A stretch of 63,890 nt of DNA, filler included, from Kipferlia bialata (lineage: Eukaryota): NCBI GenBank assembly GCA_003568945.1. It is 5 parts of 5 records of this genome, joined end to end, with 100 filler letters (N's around TTAATTAATTAA, not from the genome) between each part and the next. Parts side by side here need not be neighbours in the genome. Positions count along the whole stretch, not along the records: positions 1 to 16,758 come from BDIP01000578.1; 4 more parts are not named here. One strand, written 5' to 3'. Below are positions 1 to 12,970 of this stretch, piece after piece; the first letter of the stretch is position 1; every line of letters begins with the position of its first letter. Under the pieces are notes generated by a model that made no database searches, had not been told where the DNA came from, and saw only the letters and a list, made by a program, of their open reading frames with translations. A program made the translations under genes and the position numbers.

Positions 1-186
1 GAGCTCAGAGATGCGGGGCTATTACCCACTGTACGTGTTAGCCACTTGGGCGCCAGTTCGGGCGTGCGAGTGTTGTACTTGTCCTCGGGGTGGTGATAGG
101 CGAGAACTACACACGACCCATCAGTTTCATCCCTGCTGTGAGCAAGTGCACTTGGCAAGTCAACATCATTCACCACACCACCCTGG

Positions 187-3100
187 TTACCTTTTGATCA
201 CACACATGTCCAACACCTCCCTCTTCTGAGAGTCGGCTGGGACACCCTCCACTTCCACAGTGCAGGGGCGTCGGGATGAGGGGAGGGACAGGGGTGTGTG
301 GCGTCCACTGGTGGACACAGGGTCCGTGTGAGGAGTAGCAAGATGAGTCGGGAGTGCTGGTAGCAGCGCCACCTCAGCTACAATACTGGTGGTAAGGTAT
401 TGCACACTAGGCATATCAGACACGACCCGAATGTGGATTAGACTTAGAGAAGTTCGCAGTACACCCACCACTGGAGCTACCTGTGGGTATACAAGTACAT
501 GTACATGTACATACCCGTTTGCAAGATGAGCCCATCGCGGTGCGGTGTCTGCTAGGCCTGAGAGAGTGACACTCGGGACATGGCGGAAGAACCTCAGGAG
601 ATGGGGCACCCCAGTATGGGAGGTGAAGGCAGTGGGATCCAACTGCAGTGTGAGTCCAGACACAGATGCAGGAGGGGGACACATGTCTAGCCAGGTGGGT
701 AGGAACGATGGGGCCCGGACAGAGAGCAGGGCTAGGCTCTCTAGCATCTTCTGAGGGTCAGCGTTAGTGTCCTGCGCCTCAAGACCTGATTCCTCGTCTG
801 TACAGTCATCACTGTCCTCTGTTAGTGCCTCGAGGACAGCAATGTCAGAGTCAGAGAGTATCTCAGCTCTGATTGTGGCAGAGATGGGTCTAGACCTCAC
901 ATGGCGTCTGACAATGGTCTGGAATGAGACGTGGAAGTTTGTAGGGATTCTAAGTGGATATGCACTTACACCATTTGTGACATGCCACCACTCTCTCACC
1001 TCAGCTACGGTCATGTGCCACGGCTTCCGGGCTCTGACCGCCATCACCCACTTCTGCACCTGGGCCTCAAGCAATGTACCCATCATCCCATGTGACACCA
1101 GGGCCAGAGACACGAGGGTATCTTTTGGCTCACGGGCCTGGTCCTCCTCATCATTGTCACTATCTGGATCGTCCGCATGCTGGATCGCGTAGACACACTG
1201 ATCATAAGAGAGATGCAACACAGTGGGAAATCACAATAGGGTTGTGGAATACCCGGGAAACCACCTACACTCTGCCGCTTTTGGGTATCCTACTTACGTT
1301 ATTGAGCCAGGCCTCGAGATGGCACTCTACCACTCCATTCAGCTGTGAACACCGGGCGGCAACCATTGACAACGCCAGACTGGGGTCAGATGGAAGGGAG
1401 CTACACATTGAAGCTACTATACTACAATACTACTACGCTACAACACTACCACGTTACCTGGGTAGGAGGCTCTTCCCCAGACCCTCAGCAAACTGTGCCA
1501 CCATAACTATCAGCATATGACCAAGGAGTATCTGCAGGGACGGGTGGCGTTCCCAGATGTCAAGCAGTCGGGCTAGAGGACACGAGTACACAGACTCTAA
1601 GCCCGTGGTCTGGTCGGTAGAGCTAGGTAGAGAGAGAGGGGTACCGGCGAAGGGAACCAGATCCGGCAGCTGAATCATCGCCTGAATATGAGTCCTAGAG
1701 ACACCTGTATAAGAATGCATCTGTCCTCCTGTATCTGTTGTCCATCAGCTATGTTGCTCTGACACGCTATGATATCTGAGAAGTCCAGTTGGAATAATGG
1801 AGTGTTGCGGTTTGGGTCCAATCGAGCATACCTTGAATAGGGGTTCTATCTCCGGATCAAGGATTGAACCGCCCACCAGATCCATGAATGACTCAGTGAG
1901 GTCAGGTTCACCAACTGCAATCAGGGCGTGACCCAGCAGTACAAAGAGAGGAGTGGAAGTGACCGACCCGTACTGCTTGTGTACAAAGATCCCTTCGACC
2001 AGACTCCCGACAACTTCATCCCAAGACCCCTCGGGGGCACCCACAGATGCCTCGACCACAGTGGCACAACATGCGGCGTCAAGCACGAGTGACCCTGAGT
2101 GTCAGCACCAGAAAGTGTACTTAACCCGATGAACAATACTCCGTGACCACTTGTTTGAGAGACATAACATGGTCTTACCGGTCAGTGTGGCGTGAGTGGC
2201 ATATCTCATAACCCTGTGCATCTGCGCGTATGGCATTATCTCCCCCCCTCCGCAGGCAAACACCACGTCAGTCGCTGAGAGACGGGCGACCATGTTCCCG
2301 CTAATAGGATGGACATCGGGGGTTGGCTTTCGGACACAGACTCCTGTATCTGTGTTGTACATGAAGCACTGGTCATTCTCGTATTTGTGACTGTATACGT
2401 CACCCCTGAGGCGACGATGGAGATATGCATTGGGTCCTGAAGTGAGATAGCCCTACACTAATTTCAAAGCAAGGCTTCGACACTATGAGGATGCAGCAAA
2501 CCCAATCAAAGAGACCCTCCATGCTTTGGAACTGCGAATGCTAGAGGACATACGAACCTGATGTGATGGCACACAGATACACCCCAGACATCGGGAGGAG
2601 AGGGTTGGAGGTCCACTGTCCCTCGGGAGAGAGAGATAGGTGGGTCCGATACTGTGGGCCGTGCCTTGAAGAGCGCATGTTCTCAAAGTGAGGGTGGCTG
2701 CCTCCAAACAGGTGCATGTGACCACCAATCATAGTGCAGGCAGGGGATACTACCTAGAGTGAGTATTCTCTCTACCAGAGAACGAGAATCATTGTAGTCT
2801 CAGCTTAAGATATAGTACTCTGTCCGTTACCTCCTGGGGTGGCTGTCGCTGTCTCTGCCACACCCGTGTCCAGGGGTCATAGGTCCATGCATCGGAGACA
2901 GCCTCCAGAGAGCATGTTATGCTATAGTCACTATCATCAGGAATCTCAAGAACACCCCCTACCAGCCACAGCCTGCCCCCAAGGCCAAAGACCGCTGGAC
3001 TAATCCTGTGTCATTGATCTTGTGAATACAGACTCTGATGAAAGAGACCAAAGATCAGACAGAGCGCTAATCTACTAATCCAAATAGACTACCGTATTGT

Positions 3101-4402
3101 GTCCCTACCTTCGACAGGGGCGCAGCCCAATCACCCCTAGCCCAGGGTCAGGATCTCCTGTTTCTGGTCCCCCCGTACCCATCTCAACATCACCATCCTC
3201 ACCACCCCATGCTTCCCCCTCTGTCTCTGTCTCCCCTTCTTCCGCTTCCTCTTCAGGCCCTTCCTGAGACACAATAACATGGGGGTTCTCCTCTACTGCC
3301 TCTCCCTCTGGCTCTCCCTCGGCCTCTCCCTCTCCCTCTCCCTGGACTCCATCGTGGATAGTCCACTGTTGTGAGGCAGAGTCAGTATGGAGTATCCAGA
3401 GGTGCTATATACCTCTCTGCAGCTATACGAGAAAAGTACGTTCTCTAGATGAACGCATACCTCTCTAGTGTCGATATCGTACTCCGACATGCCAACTTGG
3501 CCGGTGTCTCTGTCGAAGTATGGAAAGAGCACCGTGCCTCCCACACACACACCCTACAGAGTGAGTGGTAGCAGAGTAATATATAGTTGGGTACAGTATG
3601 ACGCTGCGAAACTTCGTCACAAAGTATTGCAAGCACTGATAGATGATATTTTACAACACTATACATATATGAGTGTGTTTGGCGTCCAGTAGAAAAATAC
3701 ACCAATGGGTAGAATATACTATAGTATATATAGACCCACCCGGAGCATTTCAATTCTCCCTGGTATAGTGAGAAAGACCCTATCTCTCTCCCAGTCACCC
3801 CCTGAGTCTGCCATCCCGTAACTCCCTGCTGGTCGGCCGTGCCTGAATGTCCCAGTGGTGATATCAAACCGGGTCTGTGCATCTGGACGACGTGGGCTTA
3901 CAGTTAGCGCTACCTATAGGATATGTATCCTTAGTACCCATAGCATGTCAATAGTTGAGTCATTGAACAATGATGGTGGCAGGAGACTCTACATACTTAC
4001 CCGCGGTCTGTCCCACCAGTCACCCACAGGGCCTTATAGGGACCTGGGATCAGTATCAACAGTGGATGGGGGGGGGGGGGCAATATCTATACATTTGATA
4101 CTAGTATGCTCTCTCGGCTGATCTGACAGCAGTGGGGAGTGAACGAGAGACAGGTGGTTGCGTGACCACAGTATACATCGTCGAGATATCTTTACAATAC
4201 CGAAGCAGTGACAGACGGCATAGACATATCAGACTGGGACAAGGATATCAACACATAGCACATCTATAGGGAAAAGGACATCAATACATATCACACCTAT
4301 TGCAAGTAAGCATATGGGATTTTCGGTGTTGGGGATGTGCCCACCGGGCCGGTACTCTACTTCGCCAGCAGCGTACTCAAATACTCTGCCGCTGGCATTC
4401 AT
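187..4402 (-). CDS. Multi-exon kelch-repeat protein with an uncharacterised C-terminal region; the 344-aa ORF (187-1221) is essentially its terminal exon
   Basis: Exons join in frame across GT-AG introns from ~3000 down to 187. Kelch-like blades: AVFGLGGRLWLVGG...DAWTYDPWTRVW (~2830-3000), MIGGHMHLFGG (~2700-2732), CFMYNTDTG (~2340-2370), YDIDTRE (~3463-3483). A candidate ATG at 4402 and the 5' exons are tentative. Confidence 0.6.
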
Positions 4403-4542
4403 GGGGTAGATCTAGAGTGGATATTGAGTAGGCAAAGAGAGTACAGCATTGTCGCTCCCTTCGTTTTTGTCGATCGCTAGCTACACCCTTTCTCAGAATT
4501 GCTCAGTCCCTTCGTATCTGCCTCTTGAGCCCCCCTGAGTGT

Positions 4543-5053
4543 ATGGGCAAGGCTACAGGTTCTGCTGGCATCGACAGCGCCCTCTCTGTGTCCTCGACCT
4601 TCATCAGCCGCACCATCCGCTATGTGAAGCGCATCCTCCCCGCCACCTCCAGCGATGCCCTGGTGGCCCTATCTAACGAGGGCAAGGGGGCGCACAAGGG
4701 ACCCTCCCTCGTGCGCCTCAGCATCAGAGACCTGACCGGTAGGGTCAGCGATGCCCCAGAGGATCAGGTGTGGACTACCCCCCCCCCCCCCCCCCCCCCC
4801 CCCCCACACCCCCCTCTCCCCCCCCCCCCCCCCCCCCCCCCCCCCCTTCCCCCCTTCAAAATCGTGTTCTCTCTCTCTTTCATTTATATGTGTGTGAATC
4901 ACGATCAATTTCACTGATGCCAGATCTGGTCCTAGTTACACACCTGGTCATATGTATATACATATGTCTATATGGCCATATCTATCCACCGTAATGCGAT
5001 GTGAATGTGATTCATGCCTATCTATTCCTCATGTCCAGACACCATATTCTCTC

Positions 5054-5091
<38 letters not shown>

Positions 5092-5203
5092 ATATATATG
5101 TTATATATCTAGTCTTCTCTCTCCCACATTAGACCCCTTCCTCATTACCCCATGTGGCCATCTCTTTCACGGGCCATGTCTGCAGAGAGACCTAGGTATG
5201 TAG

Positions 5204-5257
<54 letters not shown>

Positions 5258-8200
5258 TTATATGCTATGTATATCTGTTCCATGGGGCATGTCTGCACAG
5301 AGAGCTAGATAGGTTAATTACATCTTAATGTGTTTGCGTATACATATATATGTGTGTGTGTATATGTGTGTGAGATTGGTGCTGGATCGTCACCCCCCCC
5401 TCAACGGTCTTTCCCTCTATTGTGTTCATAACAATTAAATATATATAATATATACCTTGAATATATACAATATATACTCTGAGTGCCATAGCCTACCTAT
5501 CATATGCATATATGTATATATATAGATAGCATATATATATATAGATTACATATATCATATATGCATATAGTATATACCATAGAGTGTATGACAGTGTCCC
5601 CCCCTAGTTATATGTATATATACATATCCATATTCCATCGAGTATTGTGACCGCGCCCTCACCGCAGCCCCCTACTACCACAACCTGTGCCCCACCTGTC
5701 AGACTAGGTGTACAGTGCAGGAGTGCATGGCTATACTGGGGCAGGTAAAATACGCAATAGATAATATATATTATTTATATATATATAGAGTATGTATCTA
5801 TCTATATGTATTGAGTGTGTGTACAGTGGAGGAATACAGGCTATACTGGGACAGAGATAGGTATAGATTACAAATATTTGGCAAGGACTATTGGTAAATA
5901 CAATACTGTCAGACTGTATATACAATACAGGATTGTAGGACTATACTGGGGTTGTGTCATGTGTTCTTGTATGATGTTGATGTCTCTATACGATGACCAC
6001 ATGGGTAGCTAGTATGCCGCAACGCAGGTCACCAGGTATATTCTATCTGAACTACCAATGCACTACTCTAGTTTTACCCTCTAGGATGAAGCATCTACCC
6101 TGTCCCAAACGACAGAGTCACCCCACCCTGCTCTGGGTGCCCACGCCCTTGAGATGAGGTATACACACATTTCTTCATATATAATCAATTAGGTATGTCA
6201 TGTTTATACATATATATATATGCTCACGTCACAAGGTCACAACATGAGGAACTGCGGAGTCTATTGACCGAAGGATCAGGGCGCTTTTCTCTTCCTGAAA
6301 CACTGGAGAGACTCTTCTATTCAGTGGGGAGATCGGGTGAGAACTACTAGGATACGAGCTCTGGTACTCTATCTGGAATGACTCTAGAGAATCTCTCCAA
6401 TTCAATAATTGTCACCATACAGTCATTCATATGGTCATATCTGTTTCTATATATACACACACATATATATATATACAGAGTGACAGATGTAACACAAGGT
6501 CCCGATGCCTCACGGTACGTGTACCAACTGGGGCTCTACCCGCTGTGTATACGAGCAATCAAGGAGAATGTGGACAACGAGGAGGTATACGACTGTTAGA
6601 ATCCCAGGGGGTCAAGTGACATGATGCGCGGAGTCTCTATTTCTAGTCTCTATTTCACTCTGAAACGGTGTATTCTCTACTTCTTTAGCTATTGTTTCAG
6701 TCTTATACAATATCTTATACCAGGTCTGTGTATTTGCCAGCAATCTGTGCTCACTCTTACAAGATCAAGGTGGGTGTAACTGGGGTTGGGTGTGTCTATT
6801 GTAGACGGATTGAAATTCCCTTTTTTTGCCTAGACAGATTGATTGTTAATGGGATAGATACACTGTTCAGTAGTATACTGAAGTATATGTAACACCGATA
6901 TCATCTAGCCTAGTAGATATATTGTGACTGTATCACTCTTATCTCCAGCATTCGATCCTGTGGGACTTGAGGTGCTCCTCTCTTGTATGGATAAACACCG
7001 CTACAGTAGAAACATAGCCACTGGTGTTCTGAACATGATGAGGTCGTGGGCTACCCAAGGTACCTCTCTCCCTCTCTCCTTCCCTCTCTTTCAGTTGACT
7101 GAAATGATATCGATGAACTGATCACATGCCTCAGACACTATTATCTCTCTGTGCCCTCATTAAGCTCACATATCAGCAGGTGTAGTAGAGACGCTGTTCG
7201 AAAGAGGTGTTCACAGGTTAGATGAGACACCTACGAGACTTCCAACACTACCATTTCGCCAGCACCACAATAGCTGTCTTAGTTGTGTTGCTTCGATTAC
7301 TTATGTCAGTATTGCGATATTGGCCATCCGTTACTGTTTCTATTGCGATATCGTGGTCCAGGTGGGGCTAAGTTTGCTTACCCAGATTGCTGAGGGAGGT
7401 ATGAAGTTCACATTTCATTATTACTACATTTACATATACAATTGTTATTACATATAGTGTACGATGCGGCAACCCAAAGTATGTTAAACCTTGCAGTGCA
7501 GATCTGTGCTATACGGTATATCGCTAAAAAAAGCATAATCCGGGAGATTAGTAGCACTGCACCAATATCTGATATGTTGATTCGTCCCTGTTCTCACAAA
7601 GGGACCCTGTTCCTATGTATTTCAGATCTTATACATATCATTTGATAATTCCTGTAATACATCATATAGTACTGATTCAATATGACATATATCAATATAT
7701 ACTATGTTGTGAAGTAGGATACTGCTATAATGCCAGACTCTTAGAGGTGTACTGCCATGCATGATATCTGGTAATACAATGAAGAGTAACAACAATAGGA
7801 TACTTTTGTGTGATTCAGTACTCTTAATCCATATACATTAAGTAGAGGACTACGATACTCCTATAATGCCAGACTCTGGGAGGTGTGCTGCTTTGATTGA
7901 AGCTAGTATAATACATATAGCACTACTCAGTATCAGTATATATACGATATGTGATATATGATGATGCACATGTTCTATAGTCAATAATGCCAGACTCTGG
8001 GAGGTGTGCTGCTCTGGTTGAAGCCGAAGAGGTGGTAAAGGTGTGGAAGCGTGTGACAGAGAAGAGCACAACACCTAGTGTCGTTGTTGTGGAGGGAATG
8101 AAGCTGATGCGAGTGCTATCCCAGAGTGCAACAGGTATTGAATATGGGCCAATAGTCTCTAATTCCCTATTCTATTGTAAGTATACAATTTGTACAAGGA

Positions 8201-11035
8201 GATGATATTGAACCGTGTTCGGTTCTTCTCTGCTTGGTACTACTATATGCAATGTGAACTGTTTCTGTGTCTCCCTACACATCGTTTCTGGTTATCATTT
8301 AGCCCAATTCTCACGAGTCATTCGGTAATAAGACTGTTTCTGCACTGTCAATATGTATGCTGCTGGGAATTTCTATTCAAGTGATGGAAGTTCTTCTCTC
8401 ACCCAGATGTAGTTGTCGCTGCTATAAAGGAGAGGAAGTGTGTGGAAAGGGTCCTGCAGTGTCTCAGATGGCAGCCTACCAATGCAGTGGCAGTGTGTGA
8501 GGGCACGATGGCTCTTGGTATCCTGTGTGAACGTGGTGAGTGCAGTGATACACTACAATCGGGACATACACATATATGTATACATGGTCACATATCCTGC
8601 AAATACACATTGTATATAGATGTACGTATGTCACCAGAGTCTGTATGTAAAACTGACACAGATCCTGCTTTCAGTACTCTGGTACTCTACTCTGGTGGGC
8701 TGTCTGTCCTGCTGGCATGTCTTGCGGCACAGAAGGATACCCGCATTACTGTCTACAGAATAGTGAGAGTCTTTGCGTTGGTTAGTACCTCAGGTACCGT
8801 TCCACTAACTGTGTATCCTTTTACAACCATTATCATGTCTGCTTCCCTATAGTGGGGTTCGATGATGACACTATTGATTCTTCCAGCTGTTTCATGTCCT
8901 AACCTCAGAGCCATCCCGAGCCCAGCTCATCTCTGACCTTGGGTGTGTCATGCCTATCCTGGATGCCGTAGCCCCCTACACTACGTGTCACAGGGTGGCT
9001 GAGGCCACATCACAGTTCCTACTCAACATACTAAAGGGTAAATATCAGTTAACTATAATGTTTGATTCTCTTCATGTGTATTGGTATGGGGGCACTCCTA
9101 CCATATATGTAAACCTCACCATAGGAAAGGTGACCCCCTCTGAGCCTCTAACCTCCTCTGCCTGTGGTGTCTTGATGTGTATAGTCGAGGAGTTCCACTC
9201 GTACACTGGGCAGGAGCCCGCACTTAAGGTACTAACAGTCAACCACCCTTTCCGCAATCAGTATCAGTATCAGTATCAGTGTCAGTATCACTGAGTCTCT
9301 AGCATGACACAGATACTGTACTTACCTCAGGTGTTAGAGACATCACTAGGGGCGCTGGGGCTAATTATGAATCATGTTATTCATCCTGGAACTGATGATG
9401 GTATGTAAATGATAGCCAATCGATATTTCTTTATGTCCCTAGGTTACACACCATTGTCGTTCACTCACACTGGTTTAGCAGGCACTTATGTACCCAGGCC
9501 CCAGAAACCGTCAATGGACCGAAAATGAGAGACAGTACATAGGCATACTCGTTATGGCAATGAGGGCCCAGAGTCATGACTCCGGTATAACATGCCGGAT
9601 ATCACACACACTGGGATGTCTGGCAGTAGACGGTACGTCATGTGTGTGTATATCAACCCACATTCTCTCTTCTGCTGATGAGTACAATCAGGGCTACTCG
9701 CAATACAAGCTCAAATATTGCGAGTTTTCATGTACTGTTTCTCTTCGACTCTCACTGTTTTCCTAACTGTCTTACTACGTGTGAATTTCTCCATTTCTAC
9801 TTCACTAGTTCTTATGTTCCATCTCATTTCTGTTTTGATTTCAGACCCCCGTGTGTCGGCTATCCTGATCGAACAAGGGGCAGTTGAGGCACTGGCAGGT
9901 GCTGTAACCACTCATGTGGATTGCTATGAGACCTCTGACGCTGCATGGTGCTCGTTATACGCGCTTGTGTCCCCAGAGAACCCGATGCGGTCAGGTGACA
10001 ATATGGCTCTCTCATATACACACACGAATGTGATTTGCATTCTTCTTGCAGTCTATCCTGATTCTGACGCTCAGTCGGCAGACAGACTCTTGCGGCACTC
10101 AATACCCATGTCCCTGCTCTGGCTGCTCTGTCAAAGGAGGTTGACAATGAAACACTTGCCTATCACCTGACAGGAGTGTTAGAGGGCATCACCCAGGAAG
10201 GTGTGACATACATATATATGGATATCAATATCAATACACCATAATATTACCATGTATGTATTGTACCATTTCTGAAGGAGTGGTTTCACACACATATATA
10301 TTCACTATTTCTCTTACATGTGTACATATCGTTGTGTATCAGTCGTTCTCTCACTCACTCTCACTATTCAGATGTGTCCTCAAGGTTGAGTCTCCATGAA
10401 TTGGGGGCTGAGGCTGTCCTTTTAGAAGTCCTAGAGAGCCACAACCGGCCGCAAGGAGATACATTTGTGGTTGAGGCCTGTCTCTGTACCCTGCGGGACA
10501 TGTGTTCAGTAGGTATTGGGTTGGAATCCATTTATAGTACACGTTCTGTCTAATACTTTCACAGACACGATTTCAACCTGTCTAAAGGAATATGATACTG
10601 TAAGGTATCACTCAGCATGTCACTGTTTAGCACCTTCGTCTATATTTGTCTCACCCTAGAGAGGGTCGTGAGGGGCCTGCATGCCGACAAAGAGCGTCTG
10701 ACCCGTCTGAACCGTATGATTGTCACAGCAATCGAAGCGAATAATGAATCTCCATGTTCTGGACCTGGTATCACGGTTAGTTGGTCTGTAGGAAGATCTA
10801 CTATAGGAGTCGGGTGATTGTGCCATAGTGGTATCTATTCCCCGTTGCATAATCGGCATTGCTAGGCCTAGAACTACACAGTGTATTTGTGTGTCTACTT
10901 CACATATTCCTACTAACACGTTCTAATACCATCTGTGGAATGACTCATTTTTCACCATCCCATTACTCTTGTATATATGCGTATCTGATATGTCAGGACG
11001 CAGGTGAGGAGCTCCAGAGGATCTTATCTGTGTGA
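4543..11035 (+). CDS. RING-H2 finger + ARM/HEAT-like helical repeat protein (putative E3 ubiquitin ligase), about 20 or more exons
   Basis: Spliced ligands CDSC (~5000-5011), PCGHLFHGPC (~5150-5179) and CPTC (~5688-5699) give a C3H2C3 pattern. Downstream exons encode ARM-like helices (SGGLSVLLACL, EQGAVEALAGAV, ELGAEAVLLEVL). ATG at 4543; probable stop TGA 11033-11035. Confidence 0.7.
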
Positions 11036-11478
11036 TGAGTTGACCCATGCTTGGTAAAGGGAGAAGCAGTCTGTAATTGGATGTTTGGCTGCGGTTTATA
11101 GAAGGTACAGAGGTATTCTTGTCCGTGTCGACAATTTTTGGATGGTGAGATGAACATCAATACCGAAATAGATTAGGTGGTGAAGTATGCTATTTGTAGC
11201 GGGGTATTGGCATCCAGTTCTAGGCGTATCTGGGGACTATTGGGGCCAGAATATCAGTTGATTGACTGCTATGGGGAGAACACAATCGATATCACCACAC
11301 CACTATACTGCAGTAATTATTCGTAAACGCCAACAAAAAATATATTAAGCTTCCACTCCTTGGGATGTCAAGTAGACAGTCGGGGCAATAAACAACAAAT
11401 GAGACGCAGTTAGGTGCGTCAAACGACAGTCACTCACATACTCCCAAAGACCATTCTCTCTCTCTCTCTCTCTCGAAC

Positions 11479-12939
11479 CTAAGGGAGCCTGTTGAGGAGC
11501 TCTCTCCACTCTCTCCTCTCAGCCTCGATGCCCCTCTCACCCCCCTTGTTGGCTAGTTCGACCAGTGCCCACTCTACCGTACTCTCCACGTTGTACTGGA
11601 AGTAGATGAGCCTCTCTCTCTCGCGGCCTAGGAGTAAGAGGATACCGTAGTGTATATATGTACGAGAAAGATAGAATGACATACATTCAGACAAGAGAGA
11701 GAGAGAGAGTGGTAGCTGTACCTGGCTGCTGCACGATGGACGCCCAGTGTCCCACCACGACCTTGAGACCGGCAAAGCACCTCAGGAGAGAGGACTCTCC
11801 ATCTAGAGACTCGCCCAGAGAGACTGCAAGGTCCTGGACCTATATGTAAGGGGGGGGGGATGATGAGAGAGAGAGAGAGCAACAGAGAGAGAGAGAGAGA
11901 GAGAGAGAGTGGTACCTTGAGGAGCTGGTAGTGGTCTGGGTCTGCTACCCTCTCTCTCTATATATATGCATATAATTATATATATAGACGTATATACATG
12001 TATGAATACATATATCCATACCTTAAGTAGCTGGTAGTGGTCTGGGTCTGCTATCATCCTCTGGTAGGCCATGCACAGACCGGGCAGAAGGACGGATAGG
12101 ACTAGCTTGGAGTCACCCTGCACACTAGATGTTAGAGTCCCACACATACATGCATACATGAGTGTATACACTAACAGAGAGAGAGAGAGAGAGTATATCA
12201 TAGCATACCTGATGGGCCCTGCCCTCTGTATGGGAACATCTGAATACCTACTTACTTATAATTACTTATATAAGTATATATATATACATACATATATATC
12301 TATATATATAAATTCAGTACCTGATGGGCCCTGCCCTCTGTATGGGTACTACCCCAACAGCAGAGGAGGAGAGGGCAGAGGCAGAGAGGTCTCCAGAGGC
12401 ATAGCTGCTGGGGGGTAAGAGAGAGCATAGGTAGAAGAGAGATATAGAGTATGCGTATATCGATGGATCACTCACCCGTATGCAGACACGTTTGTCTCGC
12501 CCTGTCCCCCCAGGATGCGACTGGCAACCCAGCCGGCAGGGAGACCACGCTTCATAGCCACGCCTAGAGGTAAGACTATTCACTAACTATATGTTAACCA
12601 AACACTATAAGCATTTGCTGTGAGCACCCACCATCTGGGAGTGCAGTCTCTCTCTCTCTACAATCACTCTATACAATACCTAATGTATAATAATTCAAAA
12701 TACCAATCAATACCCACCCTCTAGGAGTGCCATGACATATGCCAGGGGCAGTCTGTCTCCCTATACATACTACATCTAATACATACCAGACACTATATAT
12801 ATGTAAAAATATATATAAATGGATACCCACCTTCCAGCAGTGCCATGACATATGCCAGGGGCAGTCTCTCCTCCAGGTCTGACACAGCAGACACAGGCAG
12901 GAGCTCAAGCAGGGAGACAACGTCACGCATCACGCTGGG

Positions 12940-12970
<31 letters not shown>

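Noticed and set aside
4778..4855. Poly-proline/poly-glycine ORFs from C/G runs (formin-like)
   Set aside because: The runs are intronic or at contig edges (also 16722-16758, 27407-27506, 46519-46556) and look like low-quality homopolymer sequence.
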